Positions 1-9,545 of a stretch of DNA of 64,000 bases are shown one piece after another. A program made the translations under genes and the position numbers. The notes under the pieces are model-generated. The model was not told the origin of the DNA, made no database searches, and saw only the letters and a program-made list of their open reading frames with translations. Source of the stretch: Acidobacteriota bacterium (GTDB taxonomy: Bacteria; Acidobacteriota; UBA4820; DSQY01); contig JBMFSH010000002.1 in the NCBI GenBank assembly GCA_049967655.1, positions 32,001 through 96,000 of the forward strand, given 5' to 3'. Numbering within the stretch: position 1 is the stretch's first letter; every line of letters begins with the position of its first letter.

Positions 1-161
1 AGGGTAACAGATGGTTTGCAGGGGAAACGGATGGAGGCCGCGGGCCGGATCCGTGCCTTGAACATTTTTTCCTCTTGTGGATATATTTGCCTTTACAATT
101 GTTGGCGCAGACCTTCTAGGCAGCGCCATCACGGGTGCGATGAAGTCGAGGGAGGAAGCAG

Positions 162-644
162 ATGCGTGTCGCCAGAGCCTGCCTGATCGCCGCGTTTCTG
201 GCCCTGTCATTGCCGGCCCTTGCCCAACAGAGCACTTTCCTCATGATCGGACCGGGCCTGGCCAATTTTCGGCACCACACCCACTACGGTTATGGCTCCG
301 TGGAGGCCCGCCACCTCTTTCATTCGTGGGGAAAATTGTCCATTGGTTTCGGCGGGGCCCTGGAGGTGAGCCGCAACGAAGACTATGTGGGGCCCAACCT
401 GACCCTGGACTACCACTTTGCCCCCCACTGGGGGGCCTCCCTGACCTCCGGCCCTGGTTGGTATTCGAACCATTCCTTCAACCTGGGAAGCCATCTGGAG
501 TTTCGCTCGGGGCTGGAGTTTTTCTACTTCTTCCACGGGAATTGGCGGATCGCCGCGGGGATATTTCACTATTCCAACGCCGGCGTGGCCTCACACAACC
601 CGGGGACGGAGTCGGTGCGGCTCGCCATCGTGATCCCGCTCTGA
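162..644 (+). CDS. PagL-like acyloxyacyl hydrolase / lipid A 3-O-deacylase family outer-membrane protein
   Basis: Signal peptide; C-terminal HYSNAG...NPG motif typical of PagL; GGAGG SD upstream. Confidence 0.8.
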   Translation: MRVARACLIAAFLALSLPALAQQSTFLMIGPGLANFRHHTHYGYGSVEARHLFHSWGKLSIGFGGALEVSRNEDYVGPNLTLDYHFAPHWGASLTSGPGWYSNHSFNLGSHLEFRSGLEFFYFFHGNWRIAAGIFHYSNAGVASHNPGTESVRLAIVIPL

Positions 645-728
645 GTCCGAGCGGACCGATGGAGCCTTCCGGGCCGCCGGCTCTGGAACGGGCCATTCGG
701 GGCGAAGGTCCGTCGGCGTAGCGGCCAA

Positions 729-1370
729 TCAGGCCGAAGCGGCGATGAGCCACTGGGCCGCGGTGTAGGCGCTCAGGATCAGGAGCTGCGCGCTTCGGAA
801 CCGCCCGCGGAAGCGGTCGAGGGCCAGGGTCGCGTCGGAGGCCACGAAGAGCAACGCTCCCGTGGCGGCCCCGAACGCTTCAGCGCCGCCCACTTGCTGC
901 CATCGGACCAGGGCGCGCCACGCCATGCAGAGGATGACCGCGACATACAGGAGGACGGGAATCCTCATGCTTCCCAGATGCGGCCACAGGAGCCACAGCA
1001 GAATGGCGGCGGCGGCCACGAGCGGCAGGGTGGTCCAGGGGGAAAGCCCCATGGCGACGCCCGATGAAAAGGCCGCGATGTAGCAGAGGTGGGCCACCAG
1101 GAAGCTGACCAGGCTGGCCACGAAGCGGTCCCGCGGCAGCATGAGAAAGATATCGCCCGCCAGGGAGAACAGGAGCCCGGCGAGGATGGCGCCCCGGTAC
1201 AAGAGGCCCGGCGCGTGGGGCGGTGCCAGGGCCACCAGAAGGATCAGGGCGGTGGTCAGGGGCTTGAAGAGGTACACCTGCCAGCGGGGCCCTCGGTACT
1301 CGGCGCGGATGTGCCCGAACGCCGAACCGACGACGGCCAGGGACAGCCAGAGCCGAACGTCACCCATCAT
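729..1370 (-). CDS. YhhN family lysoplasmalogenase-like membrane protein
   Basis: Multi-TM protein; FKP, SLAGDIFL, FLVAHLCY and FVASD motifs. Confidence 0.85.
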   Translation of the reverse strand: MMGDVRLWLSLAVVGSAFGHIRAEYRGPRWQVYLFKPLTTALILLVALAPPHAPGLLYRGAILAGLLFSLAGDIFLMLPRDRFVASLVSFLVAHLCYIAAFSSGVAMGLSPWTTLPLVAAAAILLWLLWPHLGSMRIPVLLYVAVILCMAWRALVRWQQVGGAEAFGAATGALLFVASDATLALDRFRGRFRSAQLLILSAYTAAQWLIAASA

Positions 1371-1540
1371 GCCCCCTCTCCGAACGGAGGCCCGCTTGCC
1401 ACCGAGCTTGGCCCCGCACCCTCCAGTCCTGTACCGCCTACCATCACCCGCCCGCCCATGTGCTCCGCGAAATGAACCATGTTATCATCGAAACACTCCA
1501 CAGACGGTACCTTCGAGGTTTGAGGACAATGGGGGCGACC

Positions 1541-2077
1541 ATGAAGAGAGTATGGCTGTTGGCGGTTTTGGTGCTGACCGGATCGAGCGTGCTGCGGGCG
1601 CAGGAGCCGCTCCATCGCTGGACGTGGGAGCTTCAGGGCGGCTACAACACGTCGAGCGGCTGGGTGGACAGCGGCTGGATGGCCCAGACCGGGATCGGTT
1701 ACGCCTGGACGGACCACTTTTCGGTGGTGCTTCACGGGGCTTACTACCAGGGAAACCTGAAGGGGATATCCGGCTCCAACGCCCTCTACACCTTCACCCT
1801 GGCGCCGGAGCTGAGGAGATCGGTGTCAGCCCACGGGGAGGTGTACGTCTTCCTGGGCGCGGGCGTAGCGGGAACCTACAGCTACTATTGGGGACGGGGG
1901 TGGCGACAAATCCACATCCCATCGCAGACCAAGTGGGCTGGTGAGGCGGGCATCGGCTACCGGCATTTCTTCAGCCGCCGGGTGGGGATGAGCTTCCAGG
2001 TGACCTACACGCACATGGCCTTCGATCCGAGCGTCGATGTGGGAGATGGCCGATTCGGCTTGGTGGTTCGCTTCTAG
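1541..2077 (+). CDS. Small outer-membrane beta-barrel protein
   Basis: Signal peptide MKRVWLLAVLV, alternating aromatic beta strands, C-terminal Phe; start moved to ATG 1541. Confidence 0.7.
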   Translation: MKRVWLLAVLVLTGSSVLRAQEPLHRWTWELQGGYNTSSGWVDSGWMAQTGIGYAWTDHFSVVLHGAYYQGNLKGISGSNALYTFTLAPELRRSVSAHGEVYVFLGAGVAGTYSYYWGRGWRQIHIPSQTKWAGEAGIGYRHFFSRRVGMSFQVTYTHMAFDPSVDVGDGRFGLVVRF

Positions 2078-2090
2078 GGCGCCTATCTCC

Positions 2091-2675
2091 TCACGATTCG
2101 TCGGCCTGAAGATCCGATGTCAGCTCCCGGCGGAGGGCCGCCTGGACCTCCACCTCGGCGGGGCAGAAGGGGTGCGTGGTCCCGATGTGCAGGGCCTCTC
2201 CGGCGAGAAAGCGGCGGAGGAACGAGGGTGTGAGCGTCCAGGTGAGGTAGTGGACCGTGCTGGTGTAATCCTCGCGGCTTCGCCCCTCTTCGCCCACGGC
2301 CCGGATCCGGTCATCCCCGATGCGCGCGTAGAAGGAGTGTTCGACGCCGGGCAGCTTGGGGAGGGCGGCCTTGAGGCGCGCCTCGTCCGGGATCTCGATG
2401 TAGAGCGTGGTCTTCCATTGGTTGGGGCCGGGGATGAGGGGGCTGTAGGCGTCGATCTCCCCCTGGATGGCCGCCTCCTCCACCATGCGCTCGGCGCGCG
2501 CCATCTCCTGGATCTGGTACCAAACCGTCCGGCGGTTCTCGAAGAGCAGGGTGAGGATTTCGTTCACCGGCAGCCGCCGGTTCACCTTCATAGCCATCAC
2601 CTCGCCCCGGAGCTCCTTGCGGCGCTTCTCGTATTGGGTCAGGTCCAGGATGTCCGACAACTCGAGCCTCTTCAT
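2091..2675 (-). CDS. DUF3501 family protein
   Basis: LFENRRTVWYQIQEMARAER and STVHYL motifs; lies downstream of rubrerythrin and Fe-S oxidoreductase. Confidence 0.85.
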   Translation of the reverse strand: MKRLELSDILDLTQYEKRRKELRGEVMAMKVNRRLPVNEILTLLFENRRTVWYQIQEMARAERMVEEAAIQGEIDAYSPLIPGPNQWKTTLYIEIPDEARLKAALPKLPGVEHSFYARIGDDRIRAVGEEGRSREDYTSTVHYLTWTLTPSFLRRFLAGEALHIGTTHPFCPAEVEVQAALRRELTSDLQADES

Positions 2676-2757
2676 GCGTTCTCCTCAATAAGCCGACGGG
2701 AGCAGGGAATCGGGGGCCGCTGGGCCGGCGGCGCTCCCCCTCTGCCCGTGGGCCGGA

Positions 2758-4056
2758 TCAGTCGTTGGCAGTGACGACGATGCCGTAGGCCCTGGCCAGC
2801 AGGACCACGGGGTGAACGGCCTGTCGTCCGGTGGCGTGGTCGATCTGGAGGGCGGAGAGGGGGCACTCGGTGGCGATGTGGCCTTCCGCGTCCCTCACCT
2901 TGTTGAAGAGTTTGCGGCCCACCTTCATGGAAGCCTCGTATGTCCCGGTGCGGATGCCGTAGGTGCCGTCGTGACCCGAGCAGGCATCCAGGACCTTCAC
3001 GGTGGTGCCGGGAATGTCGCGAAGCAGGTCGCGCCCCTTAAACCCGACGCCCATCTGTTTGAGGTGGCACGGGAGGTGATAGGCCACCTCACCGAGGGGC
3101 GAAGGTTGCGAGGCCGGCCAGAGGCCCCTGGCCTTCAGGTCGGCCAGGTAGTCGAAGAGGTCCCGGGTGGCTGCGGCCACCGCCTTGGCCGCCTCACCCG
3201 CGACGAGGAGCGGGTATTCGGTGGCCAGCGCCATGGCGCAGGAGGAGACGGGAGCCACGATCGCCAGCCCCTGCTTGGCGTACGGGTAGAGCAGGGCCAC
3301 GTTCTTTCGCGCCTTGGCGGCCGACGTCTCGATGTCGCCGATGTCGAAGGAGGGAATGCCGCAGCACTCCTGGCCGGAAGGCAGGAGGACCTCCACCCCG
3401 CAGGCCGCGAGAAATGCGACGAGAGCCTCGCCCAGGCCCGGGTAATTCCCGTCCACCAGGCAGGTCGTGAAAAGGACCACCCGTTCGCGCGGCTCGGAGG
3501 GCTTGGCCATCTTCCGGAAACGGGAGGTGAAGGAGTGGGAGGCAACGGGCGGAAGCGGCGCCTCCGGGTGAATCCCGAGAAAGGCCGACATCAATCTGCG
3601 GGCGGGCTTCGAGCGGTTGACCGCGTTGGCGAGGGGCGCAACGGGCCGGGACTTGCGCGTCATTCCGGCGGGGTCGGCGAGGAGGCGGCCGGAGAAGCTC
3701 GATCCCCGCTTCTTGAATTGAACGGCCTTGTGGCGAAGGGCGAGGTGCGGGAAATCCAGCCGGAACTCGTGGGGCGGGGTGTAGGGGCACTTGGTGTAGC
3801 AGAGCTTGCAGTAGTAGCAGGCATCCATGACCGCGTGGAGGTCGTCGCCGGAAAGCTCCGCGGCCGAGATGTCCCTGGAGTCGATGCGGTCGAAGAGAAT
3901 GTCAAAGGAAGGACAGAGGCCGGCGCAGAGCCTGCATCCGTGGCAGACCTCGAAGATGCGCCGCTCCTCCTCGGCGAGCGATGCCTCGTCGTAGAACTCC
4001 GGCGAGGCCGGATCGAAGACGTACTCCTTGATGCCGCCAAGGCCCTGTCCGCTCAT
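2758..4056 (-). CDS. Rubrerythrin-associated Fe-S oxidoreductase (GlpC/HdrD-like, two 4Fe-4S clusters plus CCG domains)
   Basis: CHGCRLCAGLCP and CYYCKLCYTKCP; ECCG and CSG CCG motifs; start taken at ATG 4056. Confidence 0.85.
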   Translation of the reverse strand: MSGQGLGGIKEYVFDPASPEFYDEASLAEEERRIFEVCHGCRLCAGLCPSFDILFDRIDSRDISAAELSGDDLHAVMDACYYCKLCYTKCPYTPPHEFRLDFPHLALRHKAVQFKKRGSSFSGRLLADPAGMTRKSRPVAPLANAVNRSKPARRLMSAFLGIHPEAPLPPVASHSFTSRFRKMAKPSEPRERVVLFTTCLVDGNYPGLGEALVAFLAACGVEVLLPSGQECCGIPSFDIGDIETSAAKARKNVALLYPYAKQGLAIVAPVSSCAMALATEYPLLVAGEAAKAVAAATRDLFDYLADLKARGLWPASQPSPLGEVAYHLPCHLKQMGVGFKGRDLLRDIPGTTVKVLDACSGHDGTYGIRTGTYEASMKVGRKLFNKVRDAEGHIATECPLSALQIDHATGRQAVHPVVLLARAYGIVVTAND

Positions 4057-4252
4057 CTTGAACCCCCTTTTCTCGAGTCCCTTCGCCCGGATTCTCGTCG
4101 CACCACGGCTACGCAACGACCCTCCCGCAACATGCACCAAGGGTCCCCTTCGAAGAGTCCCTGCCAGCGGCTGCCCGCCCGCTCGCCCCATGAGAAATGG
4201 AGCCCGCCCGGCGGGATTCCCCGTTGGCTGCCCTTCGAAGGGGCCCTCGGGA

Positions 4253-4281
4253 TAGGGGAAGGGCGGCGTTGCGCCCTTCCC

Positions 4282-4284
<3 letters not shown>
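4253..4284 (-). terminator. Perfect 13-bp hairpin at the rubrerythrin stop codon (terminator or mRNA stabiliser)
   Basis: TAGGGGAAGGGCG-6nt-CGCCCTTCCCCTA; no U-tract. Confidence 0.45.
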
Positions 4285-4701
<417 letters not shown>

Positions 4702-4702
4702 G

Positions 4703-5113
4703 TTACACCTCCTTGGAAAAGGGGTTGGGGGCCGCGGCGCAGGAGGCGCAGCAGCCTTTGATGGTGACCTCTCTGGCCTGCGGTTCAAAGCCCGCCGGCA
4801 TGGGCAGGTCCCACCGGGTGTTGGGGCCGAGGGGCATGTCCCATACGCGCTGGCAATGTGTACACGTCACATGGTAGTGGGGTTTCAGGTTCGCGTCAAA
4901 CCGGTCCGGACCCTCATCCAGCCGCAGTCGCCGCACGTGTCCCGAGGCCACGAGGATGTCGAGGTTGCGGTAGAGGTTCGACAGACTCACGCGGCCGTAC
5001 TCGGCGGCCATGCGCTTGGCCACCTCGGCGGCGGTGGGGTGTTCTTCCGTCGACATGAGCAGATCGAGGAGACGCTGGCGCTGGCCGCTTCGCCCCTTAA
5101 TGTTCGGAATCAT
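4703..5113 (-). CDS. perR: Fur-family peroxide-stress repressor (PerR-like)
   Basis: HPTA, RFD, HYH-x2-CxxC, PerR-type Asp (VWD), C-terminal CxxC; adjacent to dps and rbr. Confidence 0.8.
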   Translation of the reverse strand: MIPNIKGRSGQRQRLLDLLMSTEEHPTAAEVAKRMAAEYGRVSLSNLYRNLDILVASGHVRRLRLDEGPDRFDANLKPHYHVTCTHCQRVWDMPLGPNTRWDLPMPAGFEPQAREVTIKGCCASCAAAPNPFSKEV

Positions 5114-5117
5114 TCCG
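5100..5117. promoter_or_regulatory. Putative PerR/Fur operator overlapping the perR start codon
   Basis: ATGTTCGGAATCATTCCG; palindromic core CGGAAT-C-ATTCCG; shares ATGTTCGGAAT with the reverse complement of the 5688 site. Confidence 0.55.
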
Positions 5118-5168
5118 CTAGCTCCTTCGACAATGTAGGGCCGCCTCGGGGAGCCGTCAAGTCCGATC

Positions 5169-5654
5169 TCAGGAGGTGCTGCCTTCGAGGGTCGCGCGGA
5201 GCATCCAGGCCATCTTCTCGTGGCTCTCCATGAGCCCCGTCAGGAAGTCCGCCGTGCCCGCATCACCGTGCTCGTCGGCGCAGAGGTCCACGTCCTTCCG
5301 GAGCTGGCGGATCAGCGCCTCGTGGTCGTGCAGGAGCAGGCCGACCATGTCGGCGGCCGGCGGAGCGGAGCCGGGTTTCTCCGTGAGCCGGGAGTGCTCG
5401 ACGAACTCCCGCAGGGAGCCGAGGCTCCTGCCTCCCAGTTGCCGGACTCGCTCGGCGAGGTCGTCCACGGCCTCGTCCAGGGTTCCGATCTGTTCGCCGA
5501 AGAGCAAGTGGTAATCGCGGAAATGCGGTCCGGTGACGTTCCAGTGGAAGCCGCGCGTCTTGGCGGCCAGCACGTATTCGTCCGAAAGCAGCCGGTTTAA
5601 CATGAGTCCGACCGCCTCTCTGCTTTTGTCCTTCAGTCCGATCTCTGTGGGCAT
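5169..5654 (-). CDS. dps: Dps DNA starvation/stationary-phase protection protein
   Basis: FHWNVTGPHFRDYHLLF and DDLAER ferroxidase motifs; HEKMAWMLR. Confidence 0.95.
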   Translation of the reverse strand: MPTEIGLKDKSREAVGLMLNRLLSDEYVLAAKTRGFHWNVTGPHFRDYHLLFGEQIGTLDEAVDDLAERVRQLGGRSLGSLREFVEHSRLTEKPGSAPPAADMVGLLLHDHEALIRQLRKDVDLCADEHGDAGTADFLTGLMESHEKMAWMLRATLEGSTS

Positions 5655-5687
5655 GGGTGCCTCCTTTCAAGATAGGCTCAACACGGC

Positions 5688-5710
5688 ATGTTAGGAGTTA
5701 TTCCGAACAT
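5688..5710. promoter_or_regulatory. Putative PerR/Fur operator upstream of dps
   Basis: Inverted repeat ATGTTAGGA-GTTAT-TCCGAACAT (8 of 9 symmetric), AT-rich in a GC-rich context. Confidence 0.6.
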
Positions 5711-5810
5711 ATGGCCCCCTTCCCCAGCCACGTGCTGTGCGGGATATGCGCCCACGGCACCCACCGTCGCGGTCCTGTACAATGAAGTCTTTGAGAAGGT
5801 GAAGACGGCC

Positions 5811-7037
5811 ATGGCCAAACGGTGGACCAGGCAGGGATGGCACGTCCGGGTCGGGCTGGTCGTCGCGCTTCTCCTCGCGGTGGCTTGCGCCCACCGCCCG
5901 GTGGCCGAAAAGCAGCCCTCGCCTCGGGGCGCCGTTCTGGTGCCGGCCCACTGGCGCGATCTGGGGAGCTTTCAGGACGACCGGGACTTCGACGGGCTCG
6001 TGAGCGCCGTCGAAGGGAGCCTGGCCTATTACGGGCGGCTCGCACCCTACAGCCCCCTGCGTTTCGGCGACCGCGGTGTGACCGTCAAAGACTACGCGGC
6101 GGGGCTGAGGTGGCTGCTGATGGTCCTTCGGGACGGTGGGCTCTCCGCCTCAGAGAAGCTGGAGCGCATCCGGGCCCGGTTCGATCTCCTGCGGAGCGTG
6201 GGCAGCGACGGCAAGGGGGGGGTGCTGTTCACCGGGTACTACGAGCCCGAGCTGGAGGGAAGCCTCACCCCGGACGCGCGGTTCCGCTATCCCCTCTACC
6301 GCCGCCCCACCGACCTGCTGACCATCGATCTCAGCCAGTTTCCGCTGGCCATGAGCGACCGGACGATCGTGGGACGGTTGGATGGGGAGAGGGTCGTTCC
6401 CTATTTTTCAAGGCGCGACATCGACGGGAAGGGCGTTCTGGACGGGAAGGGGCTGGAATTGCTCTGGCTGGACGACCCGGTGTCGATCTTCTTCCTCCAG
6501 ATCGAAGGCTCCGGCATCGTGAGGCTTCAGAACGGCGATGAGGTCCACGTCCAGTACGACGGCAAGAACGGGCGCCCCTACGTGAGCCTCGGAAAGCTCA
6601 TGATCGAGCGGGGCTTGCTGCCGAAGGGCCAGGCCTCCATGCAGGCCATCCGGCGCTACCTGGCGGACCATCCCGCGCAGCTCAGGGAGCTGCTGGATCT
6701 GAACCCCAGCTACACCTTCTTCCGCATCGCGAAGGATGGGCCCTTCGGCAACATTGGTGTGGCGCTGACGCCGGGACGCTCCATCGCCACGGACTCCCGC
6801 CTCTTTCCCAAGGGGGCCCTCTGCCTGATCCGCACCGAAGAGCCCGAGCTGGCGAGTGACGGCCACGCCAAGGCGTGGAGACCCTTCACCCGCTTCGTGT
6901 GCAACCAGGATACGGGCGGGGCGATCACCGGGCCGGGGAGAGTCGATCTCTTCTGGGGCGCGGGAGAGAAGGCCGAAGCCTCGGCGGGGCTGCTCCAGCA
7001 GCCCGGATCGCTCTACTTTCTCGTGCCCAAGGGCTGA
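5811..7037 (+). CDS. mltA: Membrane-bound lytic murein transglycosylase A (lipoprotein)
   Basis: Lipobox-like LAVAC; FTGYYEP, FFLQIEGSG, NPSYTFF and QDTGGAI..GRVDLFWG motifs. Confidence 0.92.
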   Translation: MAKRWTRQGWHVRVGLVVALLLAVACAHRPVAEKQPSPRGAVLVPAHWRDLGSFQDDRDFDGLVSAVEGSLAYYGRLAPYSPLRFGDRGVTVKDYAAGLRWLLMVLRDGGLSASEKLERIRARFDLLRSVGSDGKGGVLFTGYYEPELEGSLTPDARFRYPLYRRPTDLLTIDLSQFPLAMSDRTIVGRLDGERVVPYFSRRDIDGKGVLDGKGLELLWLDDPVSIFFLQIEGSGIVRLQNGDEVHVQYDGKNGRPYVSLGKLMIERGLLPKGQASMQAIRRYLADHPAQLRELLDLNPSYTFFRIAKDGPFGNIGVALTPGRSIATDSRLFPKGALCLIRTEEPELASDGHAKAWRPFTRFVCNQDTGGAITGPGRVDLFWGAGEKAEASAGLLQQPGSLYFLVPKG

Positions 7038-7044
7038 GAGAATG

Positions 7045-7207
7045 AACCGCAGAGGCACGGAGACACAGAGGAAAATTGTTTTGCCGGTAGCAAGAGAGGC
7101 CTTGGACCCCAATCACGCAATAGGAAGGAGACCGGCGACAGGCAGAAAGCCGGTTATTCTCTTTTTCCGCTAGCCTTTTTTCTCGGTGCCTCTGTGTCTC
7201 TGTGGTG
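7045..7207. repeat. Intergenic palindromic element with octamer-periodic inverted arms
   Basis: AACCGCAGAGGCACGGAGACACAGAG (7045-7070) versus CTCGGTGCCTCTGTGTCTCTGTGGTG (7182-7207); 20 of 26 complementary. Confidence 0.75.
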
Positions 7208-7259
7208 AAAGAGGCGAAGGTTTAGCCGGGGGGAAAAAAGGTCGGGAGGCAGACCCGCC

Positions 7260-7997
7260 TCAGGCGGCGTTGGCGGTGTCTCGGACGATGAGGCCGTCGC
7301 GTATCTCCACGACCCGGCCGGCCCGATTGGCGAGGGCCATGTCGTGGGTGACCACCACGAGCGTCCCGCCCTGCTCCCAGAGGTTCTTGAACAGGGTCAT
7401 GATGTCTCCGCCCGAGGCCGAGTCCAGGTTGCCGGTGGGCTCGTCGGCCAGCAGGATGTCGGGGTTCATAGCCAGGGCCCGCGCGATGGCCACGCGCTGC
7501 ATCTGGCCGCCCGAGAGTTCGGTGGGTTTGTGGTCCATGCGATTGCCGAGCCCGACGCGCTCCAGGAGCTCGCTGGCCCGCTCATGGCGCTCCTTCTTGG
7601 AGACGCCGCCGAAGAGCATGGGCATCTCCACGTTCTCAAAGGCGCTGATCTGCGGAAGCAGGTTGAAGTTCTGGAAGATGAACCCGACCCGCCGGTTGCG
7701 GACGTCGGCGAGCTGGTCGCGATCTAGCCCCGACACGGCCTCACCGGCCAGATCGAAGCGCCCCTCCGAAGGGGTGTCCAAACACCCGATCAGGTTCATG
7801 AGGGTGGACTTGCCCGAGCCGGAGGGGCCGACGATGGCCACGAACTCGCCCTTCTGGACCGAGAGGTCGATGCCCCGCAGCGCCTCCACCTTGACCTTGC
7901 CCGTGTCGTACACCTTGGTGATGCCGTCCATATGGATGATGGCGCCGGTGCCGTTGGCGCCGTTCTTGCCGTTTCTCCTGATCAGCGGCCAGTTCAT
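7260..7997 (-). CDS. ABC transporter ATP-binding protein (MacB/LolD-like)
   Basis: GPSGSGKST, LSGGQMQR and ILLADEPTGNLD motifs. Confidence 0.95.
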   Translation of the reverse strand: MNWPLIRRNGKNGANGTGAIIHMDGITKVYDTGKVKVEALRGIDLSVQKGEFVAIVGPSGSGKSTLMNLIGCLDTPSEGRFDLAGEAVSGLDRDQLADVRNRRVGFIFQNFNLLPQISAFENVEMPMLFGGVSKKERHERASELLERVGLGNRMDHKPTELSGGQMQRVAIARALAMNPDILLADEPTGNLDSASGGDIMTLFKNLWEQGGTLVVVTHDMALANRAGRVVEIRDGLIVRDTANAA

Positions 7998-8122
7998 CGG
8001 ATCCTCCTGCGTGCTTTTACGAGGGCCGGGGGTTCAGGGTTTCTAGAAAGTGGGAAGGGAGGAGTGAGGGGCAAAGAAAGCGACAAGTGAGAAGCGCAAC
8101 GCTGGCCTTCTTCTCCAGTTAC

Positions 8123-8162
8123 CTACTTATCTACTCACCTACTCACCTACTCACCTACTCAC
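8123..8162. repeat. Tandem octamer repeat (CTACTCAC)x4 plus one degenerate copy
   Basis: CTACTTAT followed by four exact CTACTCAC units in the permease-ATPase intergenic gap. Confidence 0.85.
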
Positions 8163-8177
8163 CTCCGCTTCCCGCCG

Positions 8178-9428
8178 TCATTCGTACCTGAGGGTCTCGG
8201 CCGGATCGATGCTGGCGGCGCGGCGCGCCGGGAAGTAGCCGGCCAGCAGGCCGATCAGGCCCAGGATCGCCGCCGTGGAAATGCCGATGGGCCAGGAGAG
8301 GGTAGGCTTCCCGAGGAAGGCCAGCGCCTGGTTGCCGCCCGTGGGGATCAGGCTCAGCAGGATGACGATGGTGACGGCGATGACGAGGCCGCAGGCCCCG
8401 CCCAAGAGGGTGTAGATCAGGCCTTGCAGGACGAAGGGGCCGGTGATCCACGAGCGGCGGGCGCCCATGGCCATCTGGATGCCGATCTCCCGGGTCTTCT
8501 CCTTCACCACGGCGTACATGATGTTGGCGACGCCGATGCCGCCGATGAGCAGCGTCAGCGCGCCGATGATGCCCAGGAAGAGCTCGATGCCCAGCATCAT
8601 CTTGCCCATGATCTCCGAGCCCTTGACCGTGTCCCAGATCCCGAAGACCTTGGGGTCCTCCGGGTCGAAGCCGTATTTGGCCGAGAGGACCTGCTTGAAG
8701 CGCTTCAGGGCCTCGGGCATCTCCTCGGGACGGCGCACCTGGATGACGAGGTTGTTCAGCTGCTGCGTGCCGTACTGGGCGATGTAGGTGGTGATCGGAA
8801 TGACGGCGTGTTCATCCTCCGGGCCGGCATAGTTGCCCATCTGGAGCTTGGGCTTCATGACCCCGATGACGAGGTAGGGGGAGCCGTTGAGCTGGAGCGT
8901 CTTGCCCACCGGGTCCTCCTTCCCGAAGATGTCCGTGGCCAGTTTGTTTCCCAGGAAGACCACGCGGCGCTTCTCGGCCTCGTCGATGGGGTTGAAAAAG
9001 CGTCCGCCGGGTTGCGGGATGTGGTTTCGCATCTCCCCGTAGATCCAGTTCGTGCCGATGACGTGGCCGGTGACGGTCTTCCTGCCGTAGGTCAGCGTGG
9101 TGCCCCAGCTGTGGATCTCACCCAGGACGCCCTTGAGGTCGGGCATCCTCTGCCGGAGGTACTCCACGTCGTCGGCGATGGGGCGCACGGGCCTTCCGGC
9201 CGGCAGCCCCTTCCACGGCTGCGAGGTCTCGCCGGGCCAGATGACCGCGATGTTTAGCCCCATGGCCCGCCGGCTTTTCATGAGTTGGTCCTTCAGCCCC
9301 TGCCCGAAGGCGAGCAGGAGCAGGATGGCGACCGTGCCCCACGCGATGGCGGCCACCGTGAGGATGGCCCGCTTCTTCTGCAGCATCGAGGAGCGGAGAA
9401 ACAGCTGGAAGATCAGCTTCAGGCGCAT
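8178..9428 (-). CDS. ABC transporter permease (MacB-PCD/FtsX family)
   Basis: GGIGVANIM...KEKTREIGIQMAMGA and PARRAASIDP motifs. Confidence 0.92.
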   Translation of the reverse strand: MRLKLIFQLFLRSSMLQKKRAILTVAAIAWGTVAILLLLAFGQGLKDQLMKSRRAMGLNIAVIWPGETSQPWKGLPAGRPVRPIADDVEYLRQRMPDLKGVLGEIHSWGTTLTYGRKTVTGHVIGTNWIYGEMRNHIPQPGGRFFNPIDEAEKRRVVFLGNKLATDIFGKEDPVGKTLQLNGSPYLVIGVMKPKLQMGNYAGPEDEHAVIPITTYIAQYGTQQLNNLVIQVRRPEEMPEALKRFKQVLSAKYGFDPEDPKVFGIWDTVKGSEIMGKMMLGIELFLGIIGALTLLIGGIGVANIMYAVVKEKTREIGIQMAMGARRSWITGPFVLQGLIYTLLGGACGLVIAVTIVILLSLIPTGGNQALAFLGKPTLSWPIGISTAAILGLIGLLAGYFPARRAASIDPAETLRYE

Positions 9429-9451
9429 GAGGAAACCCAGGCAAGGGGCTT

Positions 9452-9531
9452 ACCACCAAGGCACCAAGGCGCCAAGAGGGATCTATTCCTCTTCAAATTC
9501 CCTGTTCTTGGTGTCTTGGTGCCTTTGTGGT
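9452..9531. repeat. Intergenic palindromic element with octamer-periodic inverted arms
   Basis: ACCACCAAGGCACCAAGGCGCCAAGA (9452-9477) versus TCTTGGTGTCTTGGTGCCTTTGTGGT (9506-9531); 23 of 26 complementary. Confidence 0.8.
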
Positions 9532-9545
9532 TCATCTTTTTCTCC

